A DNA stretch of 64,000 bases, from positions 1 to 64,000 of the forward strand of contig JAHLWZ010000872.1 of the NCBI GenBank assembly GCA_020536535.1. Reading direction: 5' to 3'. Shown piece after piece: positions 33,559 to 47,717 of this stretch (the stretch's first letter is position 1; each line of letters begins with the position of its first letter). Under the pieces are notes generated by a model that searched no databases, was not told the origin of the DNA, and saw only the letters and a list, made by a program, of their open reading frames with translations. A program made the position numbers and the translations under genes. The DNA is from Pelomyxa schiedti. Its lineage: Eukaryota > Protista > Evosea.

Positions 33559-36500
33559 ATGTCACAGCAGCAGCCGGCGCAACTCCCTCCACGCCGGCGA
33601 GCCCCCTCTCCCCAGCCATCCAAGCAGCCGCAGCCCGCCGACCCAAAACAACAGCAGCCCGCCCCCCCTTCGTCGTCTTCCCCATCCCCATCCCCATCCC
33701 CTGCCTCTTCTTCCACCACCGGGGTGGCGCCGCCGGCTCCCCCGCCGCCGCCCATGCGCCACGCGCCGGTCCCCGCGCCCGCGGCCGCGGCCTCGACTCC
33801 CCCCTCGCTGCGCAGCGGTGCGGTCTCGCCTACCCAGCAGCAGCAGCCGGGGCAGGGGCAGCCCCGCCTCATCATCACCAAGCCCCCCGCCTGCCTGATC
33901 TCCTCACTACAGCAACTGCAACTGGGACCGCCGCAACCACAGCCGCAACAACAACAACAACACCAACAAAGCACCACTACCGCAACGACGACCGCGTTAC
34001 GCGAATCCCCGGGCGCCGGTTCGTTAAATGAACCGTTGTCACCGCCCTCGCTATCGACAACGAATTCCTATTCATCTTCGTCGTCATCTTCATCATCAAC
34101 CACAACAACTGCAAATAATACACTCACGCCTACAACTACAAATTCTACTACTACTAACACTCCGACTACTAACTGTACTAGTACTTCTACTGCCAACTCT
34201 CACCCTCCTTCTCCCTCTTCGTCACCATTGACACTATCCTCCAGTGGTGGTAGTGGTGGTGTTGAGACCGAGGAAAAGCAAGGGTCTACAGTCCACCATG
34301 AAGGGGACAAGGAACCTTCTTCTGTAGTGGATGACGACATTATGTTGATTGCTCCACTGGCCCCGGATGACGAGGCTCCTAGTGTTCCTGATGCCCCGGA
34401 CGAGGAAGCACCCTCTCCGTCTCTGCCCGATGACGAGGCACCGTCACTTCCACCTCAGTCCATGATACTATCACCATCGGGCTCTTTGCAGGCAGTTAAT
34501 CTGTGCGATGGTGATACAGAGGAGGGAATGGACGGGGATGATTTGCCGGCCCCAGCTCCTCCTGTTCTTGCTTCACTGCACCCTAACGTGACTCCTGGGG
34601 AAAACCTCATTACGGGGAAGACTGCAGTAAATACAAGTATTAGCTGCCGTGAAATCCCTAACAGTATATCCCCTGTTGCGGTAGGTGGGCAAGAACGGGT
34701 CAATGGGAGCCCTACATTACTCTCAAACAGTAACTCTGAATTGAATTCCAGAACTCCCCCAACGAAGCAACCACCAAATCACACGGAGGACTCTTTTCCT
34801 AGTATTCCAGATCAAGTCATTGATCTTCCGCCTCCTTTAACACTGGCCCCTGTCCCTGCTGTGCAAGCTCCAGTTCCATCCACTCCCCCTGCACAATTGC
34901 CTCCTCCTGTGATTCCCGCTCATACACCAACTTCTCAGGCAGCAGTACAACCGCCACTCATCACTCCCGTTGCACCTTCCCCAACTCCACAACAACCTGC
35001 GGCAACAGTGGCGGCCCCGGCCGAGCAGCAAACTGTCCGCCCCTGCATCCCAACCCCGATTCTCCCAAGCATCCCAATGCCTGTCCTTCCTTGCATTCCA
35101 ACACCAATTCTTCCCAAACTACCTTCTTCAGTTCCGGTGGTCCTTCCAGTAATACCTGCACCTTCCCCCACAGTACTACTGCCAACTCCAGCCCCAAAGT
35201 CCCCCCCAATGGTAGCCACATCACCCACTGCAGCACCACCCTCTTTCATGACTCTATCAAAACCTCCTCCGCTCCTTCCCACTACATTACCCCCATCTAC
35301 ACTGGTGTCACCGACGATTCCTACAGTATCATTGCCCCACCCTCACCCCAATCTGCCACCCCCACCACCACCTTCTTCAGGTTGCAGCCCTACTCTACAT
35401 CCTTCAGCTCCAAGCAAGGGATTACCACCTCCTTTCCTACATCCACTTGTTGCGAGATTCGGTGCTCATTTAGAACCAGAAGCCCCACCAAAATCCACCC
35501 CTCCAACAACTGAGCCAACACAAAAACCTCCAAAACGGACACTCTTTCAGCTCTCTTCTGATGATACTGTGTGCAAATCCTCTTTGGTTTTATGTGCTAC
35601 TTACTAGCTAAAACTTCCTTAGTGTGATCCACGGATAGTTGCCTCACAGAGAATAATAAGACAATGGATTTTCCGAAGATGGATGGGTATGCACAGATGA
35701 ACTGAAATTACGTCTAACGGTTTTGGGTGTGGAAAAAAGCCAACATTAAAAAAACTGGCAAACAATCTTCGTTTAGGAGATTGTTGTATAGTCAACGTGA
35801 ACTAGCACACAAAATGTCAGTTCTTGCATCGTCTTACCTTATTCCTCTTGAGAGAGATGCTGGAAAGATGGTTGTTGGCACATTCTTCCTTCATTCTCTT
35901 AACACAAATAGTGGCCTGAATTGCTACCTCAACACATTGTAACGTTATTGTCATCGGTAATGATGATTCAAGAATTGCACGCCCAGATTGTTGATGGCCT
36001 TAATAAGGTTGGAGAGTTTCTTTGATGTTGCTAATAAATACAGATTCTTCTATCATGGCCTTGCATCAAGGGTGTTGGTGCCATTTTTTGTGATTCGGAG
36101 ATTCGAGGCAAATTTAAAGTATACAGTACGCAGCCATATTTTACAGTTCCCTCCTGGCTGAGTTCCATTAGGTGTATACCTCGATTCTCTTCATATTGCA
36201 GATTCAATACAGAAATTGCAAGATAATTCTCTCCCATTTGCTGTGTGGCACAATCAGGTAACTTATTGTTAACACATTATCAAATAAACCCAAAAATATA
36301 CAGCAATTTCTAACTTGTGGTTCCTTGTTTGATGAATTGGTTCACCTGCCGGAGAGTTCACTGCACAACATTCCCACGTTCCTCAAGGGATTATGTTCCG
36401 GACCGGCAGAACCTGCAATGCCAATGGGGGCTGAAACTGAAAGCCTTGATCTGGTTCAACTGAATGAAAGTGTTCAGTTTTTCCAGCAATTCTGCAAGGT

Positions 36501-38064
36501 TTTTTCCTTCGTTGGTTGGTTTTTGTAACTTCCGGAAGGTCTTCTCTGAAAGTCAACACCAACGCCTGGTGAAGAAATATTTCACAGATACAGTAACCAA
36601 ACTTGGTGGATTCTCTTCTGTGTGAACCACAACATATTTTCGTACTTGTAATCTAATAGAATCCAGCAATTCCCAGAGGATATTGGCCGAATCCTATTAT
36701 ATGAAATTGAAGTTCAGCAAGTAAAAAAAAGGAAATCTACTGTGACACTGTATGACAAAAAGATAGGAAGATAGGGCCTCACTCCTTCCATCTTTAGGAA
36801 AGCAGTTGTTTTCAGTGATCAAATTATCCTGGTTACTGCAAAAAAAATAAAGCCAAAGGTGGAGATATACGAGAAGACCACGGTCATTAAAATGACAGAT
36901 GTAGTAGATGTTGTGGATGTAGAGGGTGCAGGTTTGACGGAATTGTTTTTTATGCCCGTATACTAAAATTCCCAACGCAGATCCAATGCTTCAATTCAAT
37001 ATCAAGTCTGCAAATAAAATCAAGAAAATTACACTCAAAATGGGGCTACGGGATAAAAACCGAGCCTTTTCTGCTCTCAAAGACCTTTTGGAACGACGGA
37101 AGAATCACATAGGTCGGTAATTTCATTCTGATAGCAAGTTTATCTAACCTTCTCAGTTTTTGGGTCTAAGCTCAGTGACCTTATTCACAACGAATATCGC
37201 GAGCAAATAGGCATCCCGCTACTAGTAGAAAAAGGCTTCTCTTTCCTCGAAAAATGTACCATCAATACTACAATCACTCAGATAGCAACATCCACTAACC
37301 CGGTCTTAGCTTTAAAGATACAAGGTCTTTTCAGAGTCCCGGGGCACAACCTCGAGATTACGGCACTAAGGAAGCTGGTGCAAGGTATAATTTTACTTTT
37401 TTGTAGTAGATATCTCACTCACACCGACTGTTACAGAGAACTACGAGTATCAGTTCAAACCGGACCAAGATGCATTCTCTGTATCTTCGCTTCTGAAAGT
37501 ATACTTCCGGTACGAAAAATTCTCCCATTTCCAATCGGCTCATATCAAAACAGTGAAATGGCAGAACCCATTTTTCCCTTTGATTTGTACGTCCCCATGA
37601 CGGATCTGCATGACACAGGTTTTCAGAAAATAGAAACAACAAAACAACCACACACAGTACCGGAGGAGGTACTTATAATCATACAATGCACAACAGAAAA
37701 AGAGGAATTCATAACGCGAGTTACGCCGATGCTGAGGGCATTACCGGAATACAACCGCATCACATTGAAGTACACAATGGACTTCTTCCAGAAGCTCATT
37801 GGGCACAGGCAAACAAACAAAATGGATGGTATCATTATTATTACATCACACATACCGCTACCCCTTTCTAACATACAAACATACAATTAATCCTTCTGCA
37901 CGGTAATTGAACTCAATTCAGCCAAGAATTTGTCTATAGTCATAGCACCTAATTTTCTGCGGCCTGCTGTTGAAACACTGGACACTACAACTCAGCTTCC
38001 AAAAGTGAACTCTGTATTCGCTAAACTCATTGACTCCTACCCGGAACTATCCCAGCTATTCTGA
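33559..38064 (+). CDS. Pro-rich N-terminus + degenerate DH (RhoGEF) + PH-like + RhoGAP protein, multi-exon
   Basis: 2-kb Pro-rich first exon; DH-like segments (RRLLYSQRELAHKMSVLASSYLIPL, IQELHAQIVDGL, VGAIFC..FKVY); RhoGAP with arginine finger GLFRVPG, SSLLKVYFR, LPEYNRITLKY, NKMD|AKNLSIVIAPNFLR. Confidence 0.88.
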
Positions 38065-38215
38065 TTCCTTCAAACAGTAGTCTCACATTTCCCTCAGTTC
38101 TGGCAACTAGAGGGGTTGTGTAAGTGAAGAGAAGTACATAAGCAATAAAGGCTTTTTTCTTTTTGGACTATCGATTTGGTGATATGTCGTTCTACACAGA
38201 ATAAATGTTCAAACT

Positions 38216-40837
38216 TCAAACGTTTGTGGAGCCTGGGTTTGAGTTAGGGATTGTAACAACAGAGTGAGGCTGCACACTGTCGGTAACTGTCAGTTCAAAC
38301 AGTCCGTATTCAGATTTCCACCCAGAAACCAAGATGTAGTAAGGGGTACCGAGTTCTGAGTCCCAAGATACCTGTGATTGTACCCCGCAGGTCGGCCAAT
38401 CGTCACTCCAGACTATGCAGTTGTCTGTGATCTCGGCACATGATCGTGCAACAGCAATGATTGTGTCGAACTCTGTGTATGAAGTGCAAGTACTGGCGGT
38501 GATCTGATTACCGGTGCCCAGAACAGAAAACCAGAGCCCTTTGTTTTCTTAGAAAGCGGAGATTTGCTATAAACACATACCTGTTGTGCCAATCAAGTTG
38601 CACGGTGAGAATGACATACAGGCATTGGTTGTATCGCCTTGGTAAGTTTCGGGAACAACCAGAGGATAGGCAGTAGCACATTCACAATATGGATCCGGGG
38701 AGACTGTGCCCTGGTTAGTGACAATATGAAATGATGTTGTTTGAGGTGAAACTTTCAGAAAAATCTACACGGAAGTCTCCAGTTACATTGACTCCTGCAG
38801 TGACAAAAATCCAGTACGACTGTCCTCCAAGCGCTTGGAACTGTACTGAGCCTTTCCCAGAACACTCCAAGGGATCGCTACAACAGCTGAGTTGCAAAAA
38901 AGAGTGATAAAGATAACCTTTGTCGTACACAATGCTGGGGGGAACACAAGTTGTAGACTTCAATGGAAAAAGGCAGGATCGTGTCGTCGTTACATACAGT
39001 GGCGAGGATATTACTCACACTTGTGGCGAATGAGAGACTGAACCAACGTCCTGGATGGAGGCTTGGTCAGGGCGGAGTATGGAGTAGAAGTTCAAAAACC
39101 TTGTCGTAGTGAAGAGTCAGTGGCACAATCCCCTTCGGTGAATTCAGCGTTTGAGGTTGTCTGTGAAAAAGTCATCGGAAGGGTGGTGACAGGCTCAGCA
39201 TTCCAGCACACAGAATTGTCAACATTGGAAACTGTGGGAATGAGAAGCGAGGAAGATTGCTAGAGAATTTCTCTACGTGTATCTACAGAAAGGGTAAAAG
39301 CTACACCGTCGCTCCCAGAGCGGTAACCCGAAACAGCAATGTAGTAGTACTTGTCGGCTTCAGCACTCCACTCAACCTGGAAATGTGGTGAGTTGTAGTA
39401 CCCTAGAGCCACAGTACTTTCGAGTGGAGCCCGCAGAAATCGTCGTTGGCCGTAACACATGATTGAGCAACTGCATTTTCATCACACTCCTCGTAAACTT
39501 GAAGAGTAGTATCTCCACTCTATTCATTCAATAGTACTATAATGAAAAGAATACAAAGAAAAAGCATACAAGGTTATCAAGCACACAAGTCCAGGCAGTA
39601 AGTGCTTCTCCAGTTCCAGCTACGACATACCACAGACCTGGCTTATGGTTAGCTTTGTTTACAGAACCAGTATCTAACTGTTGGTCTGCACGCTGAAGCA
39701 GGAGCTGTAGGTGGAGGGAGTGTTGGCCGTGGACGCAGCAGTTGTATAGGGAAGGCTGATAATTTTTTCAGCAACTTTGCAGTTATACCAAGTCGGAGAA
39801 TCCGCTATAAACAGTGAGGGGGTGCTGACACAATTTGTGTACCATCCATTACTGACAAAGTGAACTGTCCGCGCAGCAGACCTGGTGATGACACAAATAT
39901 ATAATAAGGTACTCCCTCAAGGGTGGGCCAAACAATTTCAGACTGCCAAAGACAAGTATCGTCAACCTAGATGTGGTCAAAGTGGGGAGGAAACAACATG
40001 TCACCCACAAAATTAATGCAGGTTCCAGAGCAGTCGGAATAAAGCTCTATAATAGTGTCAAGCTGCGAGTTTTCACATGTAGATGCTTTGAGGTCTTTTC
40101 CAGTACCAAGAACCACGAACCAGAGGCCTATTGTCCCCTTTAGCTTTGAAGATTTCTTAATAGTAACGCACCTACAGCGTCCATATTACGACAGCCGGAA
40201 GTAACTGTTTCTGATTTATCATTGTCCCCAGTGAAAGTAAAAGGAAGGGAAGAAATTTCTTCAGCCAAAGTGCAAAGGTCATTTTTTTCTCCTGGCTAAT
40301 CTGAGAATCATTTAAATGTAAAAAAGAAGTGAACCTTCATCTGTCAGAGTGAATGAGAAGTCACCAGTGACTTTCCCAAAGCCTGTAACAAAAATATAGT
40401 AGGTTTCCCCAGCGGTAGTATTCCAGCGCACTTCACTTGAAGTTCCACACGAGTCGTCGTTGTAGGAAAGGCACTGTTGTGCTATGCCTTTGTAGCACTC
40501 CGTGAAGACATACAAAGTTGTATCGAGAGTGGTTTCTCCACAAGTGGAAGCCGCCAATGTTGTGTCCATTGCTGGAGTATACATATAGTATACACCTACG
40601 AAGCAAAGTCAATTTTAGTGTGTGCACTGCACCACACCAACCTTTTCCAGCAGTATAAATAGGGCTAATAGAGCAGTAGAACTGCGAGATCTCTGAAACA
40701 GTGGTAGTTGAATCCACTGTGAACGGCAGTTTCTGAATACTGTAGGCAGAATCACAGCTGTCGTAGATTTCCTCAGCCGTTACACCCAACAGCACCAGGC
40801 ATAATATAATGCAGATCTGCCTTACCCTTATCGTCAT
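38216..40837 (-). CDS. Secreted protein with five tandem Cys-containing beta-sandwich (PPC-like) repeats
   Basis: Signal peptide (MTIRVRQICIILCLVLLGVTA). Five ~130-aa units with pattern C..A..I..LP.T...W....G....ASTC...DT....C...C....D.C....V.W....G..YYI.V.G....G.F.L.V. Confidence 0.82.
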
Positions 40838-41438
40838 CGTTGTGTTACTCTGTCAGTTTCGTTTTTTTTTTCTTTTTGTTGTTCGTTCGTTTTGTTCGTG
40901 TTGTTTTGGCATCTTAAAAGCCGCTCCGAGATCTGTACAACCACGCGTTATGATTTTAGTCAAATAGGGACACGGCATGTTACGCACTTTGATTGAATGG
41001 GAAACATGGGGCGATGAGTGAGGACGTGTTGATATTTTTCAGATTTGATTGGTGGACGCGGTTCTGAGGAGACTCGGCTTGTCACTCACCCAGGGCTTCT
41101 TGTACGGTACAACTGAAGAGTGCTTGTGCCTGTCTCTTGCCACTGTTTATGGTATTCGAAGCATGCACCGCATACCGTATGTACAAGCACACGGTCCCTT
41201 CTATGGTTTGTGATTGGATCGCCGAAATCCCAGTTCCGGTGGGCATGAGAGCTGCCACCTCAGAACACCGTGGGGGGAGGGCGAGGGGCACAATCAGGGT
41301 GGCTCGGCCAAGGTGTTCTGTCAGTGTTTGAGTTTGAGTTTGATCTCTCTGTAGTGCGCCCGAACGGAAAAACCCCAGAAACAACAAAACAAAACAAAAC
41401 CAAAGCGACGAGAAGCAAGCCGGGGAATTGGGTCAAAG

Positions 41439-42493
41439 ATGATGCGCATAATTATGTCAGGGCCTCCCGCGTCGGGCAAGGGAACTCAGTGCGAAAAAAT
41501 AGCAACAATGTACGGCGTCAAGCACCTTTCGTCCGGGGATCTACTCAGGGCCGAGGTTCGCCTTTCGTTTGTTTTTGCCTTTTTCTTCCTTGTTGTGTTT
41601 TGGGTGTATTTATAAATTGTACTTAATTAAAATAGGAAACATAATTGTTTCTAATAATAATAATAATAATAAAAAAGGTCGCAGCTGGCACTGAGATAGG
41701 ACTGAAAGCCAAAGCATTTATGGACGCCGGAAAACTTGTTCCTGATGATATTGTTGTACCTCTTGTTGCTAAGCAGCTAATGACATTCTCAGCGGTAAAT
41801 GGATTGATTTTAGTCTATGAAATGGTCCTATTTAAAACTTAACACAACTCCATTTCACAAGGGGTGGCTCCTTGATGGATTCCCAAGGTCAGCAGACCAG
41901 GCTGCAGCACTCACAAGGTTGGTTTCTCCTCACGTTGTGGTTGTACTTGATCTCCCTGATCAAGTAGCCATTGAGAGGATCACTGGCAGGAGGACTGACC
42001 CTGTAACAAACAAAGTGTGTAATTGTAGTTGTACCACCAAATCACAAATGCTACATAAAAAATGGTGTAGTCGGAATTTGAATTATGATTAATGTTTTAC
42101 CAGTGCCTCCACCTACATTCCAATAATCAACCCCTGACCAAATCCAGGTGTATCACGTCAAGTTCAACCCCGCAACAGACCCCATAGTTACTGCCCGCCT
42201 CGTACAACGTGATGATGACACAGAGGTCACAATGACCCGCAGGCTTGCTCTCTACAGGTTGTTCACTAAAACCCAAAACCGCTAGCTATCTAATTTAAGC
42301 GGAGTTTAATCCAGTGCCCGCTACATACATCTATGAATATTAATAACATTAACCACTATCACACAGGGCAAGTGAGGCAGCCTTGTGCGCTGCGTTTGGT
42401 GGATTGGTTCACCATGTCAATGCCAATTTACCCATCCCTGATGTGTTCAACCAAATCTCAGGGATACTTACACCACTCAAGGCTTCCCTGTGA
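41439..42493 (+). CDS. adk: Adenylate kinase, multi-exon
   Basis: [58 protein letters not shown]; ends LKASL*. Confidence 0.95.
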
Positions 42494-42618
42494 GGAAGTT
42501 TTTCACATACACCACTGGGGAAAAAAAAAAGAAGCCGTACCCAATAGGGTATTTATTTATCCTTTTATTGTTTCTTTTTCTTTGTGAAAAAGGGCATTTC
42601 ACTTAGATAGCCATTCAA

Positions 42619-45244
42619 TCAAGAGAGGAGGGACTTGGCACGGGTCAGTACAGCTGAGGATGTCAATCCAAACTCGCGGTACAGTGTGAGGTATGGTGCA
42701 CTGGCTCCCCAGTGGTCCAAGCCAATGCAGGCTCCTTGTGACCCGGTGTAGTGCTCCCTGTTGGTTTGTGTTAGTGAAAGGTGGAGGAAAAGGAGGGTAA
42801 AGACCAGCCGAGAGTTCTGCCGGCCTCAATGGAAAGCTTTGCAGCTTTGGGTGGTAGCACATAGTTCCTGTATTCTGCTTGTTGGGCATCAAACATTTCC
42901 CAACACGGCATTGAAACAACTCGGGCAGGAATATCCTACAATGGTTGGTTTACCTCTTTCTAACGGGGTGTTTACCTCTTTGGCAAGAAGGCCTTGTGCT
43001 TCTACTGCAATGGAAACTTCTGAGCCCGTTGCGATTAGAACAACCTTTGGCTCGGGAACATCAATCAGGATGTACCTGTGGATCCATTAAATGAAGTGCC
43101 AAAGCAGACGAGAAACAAACCCTCCTCGTGAGACACCACAATTTACTGGCGATTGGGTGGGAAGATTTTGCCGGGAAAGAATAATAGCAGTAGGCCCATT
43201 GTTACGAGAAAGTGCAAGTCTCCACGCTTCGGCAGTTTCATTTGCATCACAGGGCCTAACAACAGCGAGATTTGGAATGAGGCGCAGAGAAGCAAGCTGT
43301 TCAATGGGTTGGTGAGTAGGACCATCTTCGCCAAGTCCAATGCTGAATGTAAAAGCGTTAAACAATCTCTTTCACTTCGAAGAGAAGGAGGTACCTGTCG
43401 TGTGTCCAAACGTATACGACAGGGAGATGCATCATGGCAGCGCTCCGTACTGGAGGCCTCATGTAATCAGAAAATACCAGGAAAGCACCACCGTACGGCC
43501 TGAGGTAGTGTAAGGCAAGACCATTCATAACTGACCCCATTGAATGCTCGCGAATGCCGTAGTGGAGGTAATTTCCATTGAAATTGTTCCTGAAAAGGGG
43601 AATTAGATGAATACAGGCATTTTGGTAGTACTTTGTAATAGATGCGGAGCCGGTGGCAAAAGTGTTGTTTGATGGTGTTAGATCTGCGGAACCACCAATC
43701 ATGTTTGGAATCTTTGGTAATATTACGTCAAGGACCTTCTGTGAAGCAACTCTTGTTGCAAATGATGAGCCTGGTGGGAATGCAGGGAAATCTGGCTGGA
43801 GTGAGGTTGCATGATTTGAGGAACTTTAAACCTGTTGGAATTGGGACATGGCCCGAAAACATTTGCTCTGCAATGACACCAAGTTCGGGAAAAGCTGACT
43901 TGTACCGTGCAAACAGCTCGTCCCATTCCCTTTGCTTTGCGGCTCCACGAGCGCCTATCTGCCGGAAAGGTGAGCTTGAGAAAGAAAGAGAAGCTGCTTA
44001 CCAAGCCATACTGTGCCCTCACTGCATCAGGGACAGAGAATTTGGCTTCTGCTGGCCACCCAAAGGCTGCCTTGGTTTTTCGGAGTCCATCATCACCAAG
44101 TGGTGTGCCGTGCACCTTGGTGGGCCAATTATTAGGATGAATAATAGCTTTTTAAAAGTACCTTGTTGGTGTCCTGAGCAGGACTCTTAAGCCCAATGTG
44201 TGTCTTGCAGGCAATAAACGAGGGTCTGTCAGTAACTGCTTTTGCAGAGTTTATTGCGGCTTCGATTTCAGCTGTGGCGGAATTAGAAAGGAAAAATAGT
44301 CGAACTAATGAACCAATGTTATGTCCATCTACTGTCTGAACGTGCCACCCATAGGCAGCGAACCTGGCTGGAGCATTGTCAGAGCAAGTAATATCGGTGC
44401 GGCCGTCAATGCTTATGCCATTGTCATCATAGAGAGCAATCAATCTTCCAAGGCCAAGATGACCAGCCCAGGAACCAACTTCATGTGAAATTCCTGAAAA
44501 GGGAGGTGAGACGTTCAGAAAAATGCCATAAGAAAGACCTTCCATAAGGTCACCATCAGACACAAGGACGTAGGTGAAATGGTCCATAATCGGGAAGTCC
44601 GGTTTGTTCAACTTCCCTGCAACAATGCGTTCAGCTAGGGCAAGACCAACAGCATTGCCAAAGCCCTAAGTACGTGAGAAACTTGGTAAGGGCGAAAGAA
44701 AGTAACCTGTCCAAGGGGACCAGTGGTTGTCTCGATGCCCATCTCCACATCCCGCTCTGGGTGTCCTGGAGTGAGGCTCCCCCACTGTCTGAAGTGTTGA
44801 AGCTGTTCCAACGTCAGCTTTGGGTAACCAAGCAAATGCAACAACGAATATAACATTGCAGAGCCGTGTCCTGGGAAAAAAAAACAATATTAATTTCTCG
44901 AGTGAAAAAGAAGTGAAGGGAGGGCAAAATCACCACAAGATAGGACAAATCTGTCCCTATTGGGCCAAGCAGGAGACGCAGGATTAATATTCATGAACCT
45001 CGAGAAAATAGTGTACACAATATCGGCAGCACCCAGTGGTAGCCCTTATCAATGAATAAATAGGTATATAAGGAAAAACCCCACAAATCAACATTAACAC
45101 ACATTTTAGATATTAACAAGGAACAAGGGAAAACAAAAGCAAAAAAAAAAAAAAACGAGATTTACCAGGGTGGCCGGAATTAGCTTGTTGGACGGCATCG
45201 ACAGCCAACAATCTCAGTGCCGTAGTACACTCCACGTCCACCAT
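42619..45244 (-). CDS. TKT: Transketolase, multi-exon
   Basis: [21 protein letters not shown]-like exon, [59 protein letters not shown]|[23 protein letters not shown]. Confidence 0.96.
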
Positions 45245-45499
45245 CTCCCCCTTTCCCTTGGTTTTTTTTTCTTTTTGGTCTCTGCTAAAGCTTTGATTAT
45301 TCCTGAAAATGTACACCGGAAAACCCAATCGTTTGGGACGGTACTACCTCCCCTGTTGTCTGACACACTTGTACTCTGGCTCCACTACCTCATCTGTATC
45401 CAGCTGTGTTCAGCTACTCCCCCCCATCTACTTACCCTCATCATCAGTCCACATCTCAACCAACAAAAAAAATTGGAATTTGGGTGATAGGGCGTGTGA

Positions 45500-46615
<1,116 letters not shown>

Positions 46616-46745
46616 ATTTAGTACTATACTGAAAAAAAAAAAAAACAAAAGAACACTCTGTTTTCATTTCAATTGAAAACAAACAAAAATGAAATGAACC
46701 CAGGGCCTCCCTCTTTTGAAGAATAATGAAATTGCCACACAGCAC

Positions 46746-47329
46746 TCAAGGTTTCCTCTGAGGCACACATTCCAAGTAAATGTTTGCATCCCCAACCACG
46801 TGAAGTGTCTTTGTCGACGTGATTGCCGGTGCCTGTTGTGTGAGTTGTTGCTGTGAAGGTGATGAAGGGCAAGAGGACACAATCGCCATTGGCTGTGCTT
46901 GTGATGGTGATGATGGTGGTGCTGATGCTGTTGTTGGTTGCTGTTGTTGGTTAGGTGTGATATCAGATATGATGGTGTTTGTTGTGGTGTTGTTGTCAAC
47001 AGCAACCACTGGGCCGAACAGCAGGCTGTTTGACGTCTCCACTGACTTGATAGTGTAGGTGCCCTTGCTGGTGTGTAGAATGGCCTGCCCTGTGGAATCC
47101 CCCTCAATTCTGAACCTATATATAACAAATATATATAGGTATTTGGATTTGCATACAAACACTGGGAGTCACACACATACGATTGTTCGTTGATGGCATC
47201 AGGGTAAGGCAGTTCCAGCAGCCTCATTGTGGGACAGCCACCACGCCCGCCGATTGTTGTTTGCGGCGGTGGTGGTGCGGCGGGGGTTTGGTGCTGATTA
47301 TGGGATGATGGAGATCGTGGGGCAGACAT
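46746..47329 (-). CDS. DCC1: DCC1 (DSCC1) N-terminal domain only (start approximate)
   Basis: RLLELP ... FRIEGDSTGQAILHTSKGTYTIKSVETSNSLLFGP ... VVGDANIYLE matches the recalled DSCC1 N-terminus (LLEL..., IRGD..EQAVLCSKDKTYDLKIADTSNMLLFIP); stop at 46746. Confidence 0.75.
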
Positions 47330-47717
47330 GAGGAGTGTGGGGGTTGCAACTATGTACACGTTGTTTGCAGGGGGCCACCGCCCCGTGTCCTTGCTCCCCG
47401 CTGTGGGTGACCACGACATGTCGTGATGAGATTGTACCAAGAAATCATTCTAGAGAATCCAGCTCACCAGTATTAACTGCACTACTGGGGAAAGGAAGTT
47501 GAAAGGAAGTTTTCGAGCTCTTCAGGGCGGTTACAAATGGAGAGCAGGAGACCCTGTGTGATGGGAAGATGATCAGAATTTGGGGAACAGATAAATAAAT
47601 TTGTTTATCTTTCCAAGGCGTGAGGACGCGTGTCCGTGGAGTGGGTGAACAAGTTCGTTGACCAACAGTTTGAGCCCCATAATTCACACAACGACAGGCA
47701 CATAGCGTACATTAGGG

